This document shows, piece by piece, positions 62,380-64,000 of a stretch of DNA of 64,000 nt (position 1 is the stretch's first letter; the number at the start of each line of letters is the position of its first letter). Both the position numbers and the translations under genes were made by a program. The notes beneath the pieces were generated by a model. That model did no database searches and had not been told where the DNA came from. It saw only the letters and a program-made list of their open reading frames with translations. The stretch is from Macrostomum lignano (Eukaryota). Location: assembly GCA_002269645.1 (NCBI GenBank), contig NIVC01000481.1, positions 1-64,000 of the forward strand, in the 5' to 3' direction.

Positions 62380-63719
62380 ACTGGCCAAACTTTCGGCACC
62401 AAAAGATAAAAACTGCCCCCCACCCCACTGCAGATAGAAAAGTGCAGTTCAGACTGAGTAGGAACTTGGCGCTGGGGAACACATCGAGCTACCATCGGAT
62501 TTTGGGGTGCCCCATGCGCAACTGTGTGAGGCTCTCTCTGGTGTGCTGTTGGGAATAACATAACTGCATGTGCTTGAGAGGGGTGGCGGCTGATCTTCAT
62601 ATTGGGACATTGGGAATTGGGATTTGGATTTAGCGAATCGGGTCTGGGAATCTGGGGGAGGAAGTTGAAATGGAGGATTTGGGAAATGGGGAATTCGGAT
62701 TGGGGAATTCGGATTGGGGAATTCGGATTGGGGAATTCGGATTGGGGAATTCGGATTGGGGAATTTGGATTGGGGAATTCGGATTGGGGAATTTGGATTG
62801 GGGAATTCGGATTGGGGAATTCGGATTGAGGAATTCGGATTGGGGAATTCGGATTGGGGAATTCGGATTGGGGAATTCGGATTGGGGAATTCGGATTGGG
62901 GAATTCGGATTGGGGAATTCGGATTGGGGAATTCGGATTGGGGAATTCGGATTGGGGAATTCGGATTGGGGAATTCGGATTGGGGAATTCGGATTGGGGA
63001 ATTCGGATTGGGGAATTCAGATTGGGGATCAATTCGGATTGGGGAATTCGGATTCGGGAATTCGGATTCGGGAATTCGGATTCGGGAATTCGGATTCGGG
63101 AATTCGGATTCGGGAATTCGGATTCGGGAATTCGGATTGGGGAATTCGGATTTGGAAATTTGGATTGGGAATCGGGAAATGTTGAATCGGGAAATGTGGA
63201 ATCTGGAGATAGGGTATCGGGCAATTGGTAATTTCGACATATTTAAAATCCCGATATTTTAGCATCTGATTGAGACAATATAGACGAAGACCTGCCTTGA
63301 TCACAACGATCCTCAACTGTCTATAGTCAAATTGTCTCTATTTCAAGCATAAATTACTTAATAAAACCTAAATAAGTATATTTTAAGAATTCTAGTTTCC
63401 TAGATATATTCCAATAACCGTTATACTGCTGCTAAGTGTCCAACCCATAAACTGATCCTTTCACTCTGATGCCCAACAGGACTCGCTGCTCTGACCCATG
63501 CTTTCACCATCTCGACGGAGCCGTCCCTGGTGCCGCTAACCCTGCCGCTTCTATTCGAGATTGGCGAGGACGAGGATGACAGGAAATTTGCTTATCTTGG
63601 CAAGCGAGGCGGCTGGAAACCGGCTTGGATTGAGTTTGAGCAGCACAACAAATCACTAGTGCTCAGAAAGCTGAGGCCGTCTGCGGCTTCCATTGCAAAG
63701 AATAAAACCCGGAAAATTG
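59823..63719 (+). CDS. 5' part of an unassigned gene with N-terminal hydrophobic segment(s) followed by the start of a PH-like domain. Candidate exons 59823-59991, 62172-62204 and 63480-63719; continues beyond the window
   Basis: All three junctions are phase-1 GT-AG and give a continuous frame; AYLGKRGGWKPAWIEFEQHNKSLVLRK resembles PH strands 1-3; TATA-like element near 59680. Exon linkage is inferred. Confidence 0.5.
60180..61925. repeat. 12/13 bp minisatellite (CTAACAGGGGATT / CTAACAGGGGTG)n, intronic
   Basis: About 135 units. Confidence 0.97.
62336..62378. repeat. (CT)n microsatellite
   Basis: About 21 units. Confidence 0.95.
62690..63150. repeat. 14 bp minisatellite (GGGGAATTCGGATT)n
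   Basis: About 32 units. Confidence 0.96.
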
Positions 63720-64000
63720 GTGAGTTCGAGGATTTTTCGGTCCAGCAATTTGGGGCCACTTAAATTAATTTTCGGCGCCTATATTTAGCGCCAATCCTCA
63801 AGGGCTCATTTAAAATAGCAAAATAATTTGGAGCCAAAGTGGCGCCGATTCAAAATTTCCGTGTGAAAAGTTTCTCATTTAAACTAATTTAGGTGCCAAT
63901 TAAGTACCGCTTTTGATACTCTGTAGCAATCAAATTTGCACAAATGTTGCAAAACTATGACTAATAATTACAAATTGCACGGTTTGGAGTAACTTTCGAA

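Overview
Eukaryotic (metazoan) genomic DNA with GT-AG introns. The extreme minisatellite load and Ala/Gln-rich coding style suggest a lophotrochozoan such as a Macrostomum-like flatworm; this is inference only. No CRISPR arrays or prokaryotic operons are present. Protein-coding genes I can assemble by hand: (1) 3' part of a Dock-C (DOCK6/7/8) GEF, with two apparent single-base frame breaks; (2) a secreted PAN/apple + F-type lectin (-); (3) RPS27; (4) a 13-exon tandem-domain protein tyrosine phosphatase whose two domains both look catalytically dead; (5) a compact Sex-lethal-like two-RRM gene (-); (6) a divergent odd-skipped/Osr zinc-finger gene (-); (7) the 5' part of a membrane-anchored, PH-like-domain gene. 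Mobile DNA includes a deleted Tc1/mariner element, several hAT MITEs (one family carries its own minisatellite), two tRNA-derived SINEs (one CORE-type) and a decayed LINE endonuclease. Most long ORFs in the supplied track are artefacts of about 25 distinct tandem arrays. The best leads are the double pseudophosphatase, the satellite-bracketed Sxl-like gene, intronic arrays built from splice-signal-like units, a MEF2+CRE composite repeat, and the satellite-carrying MITE family.
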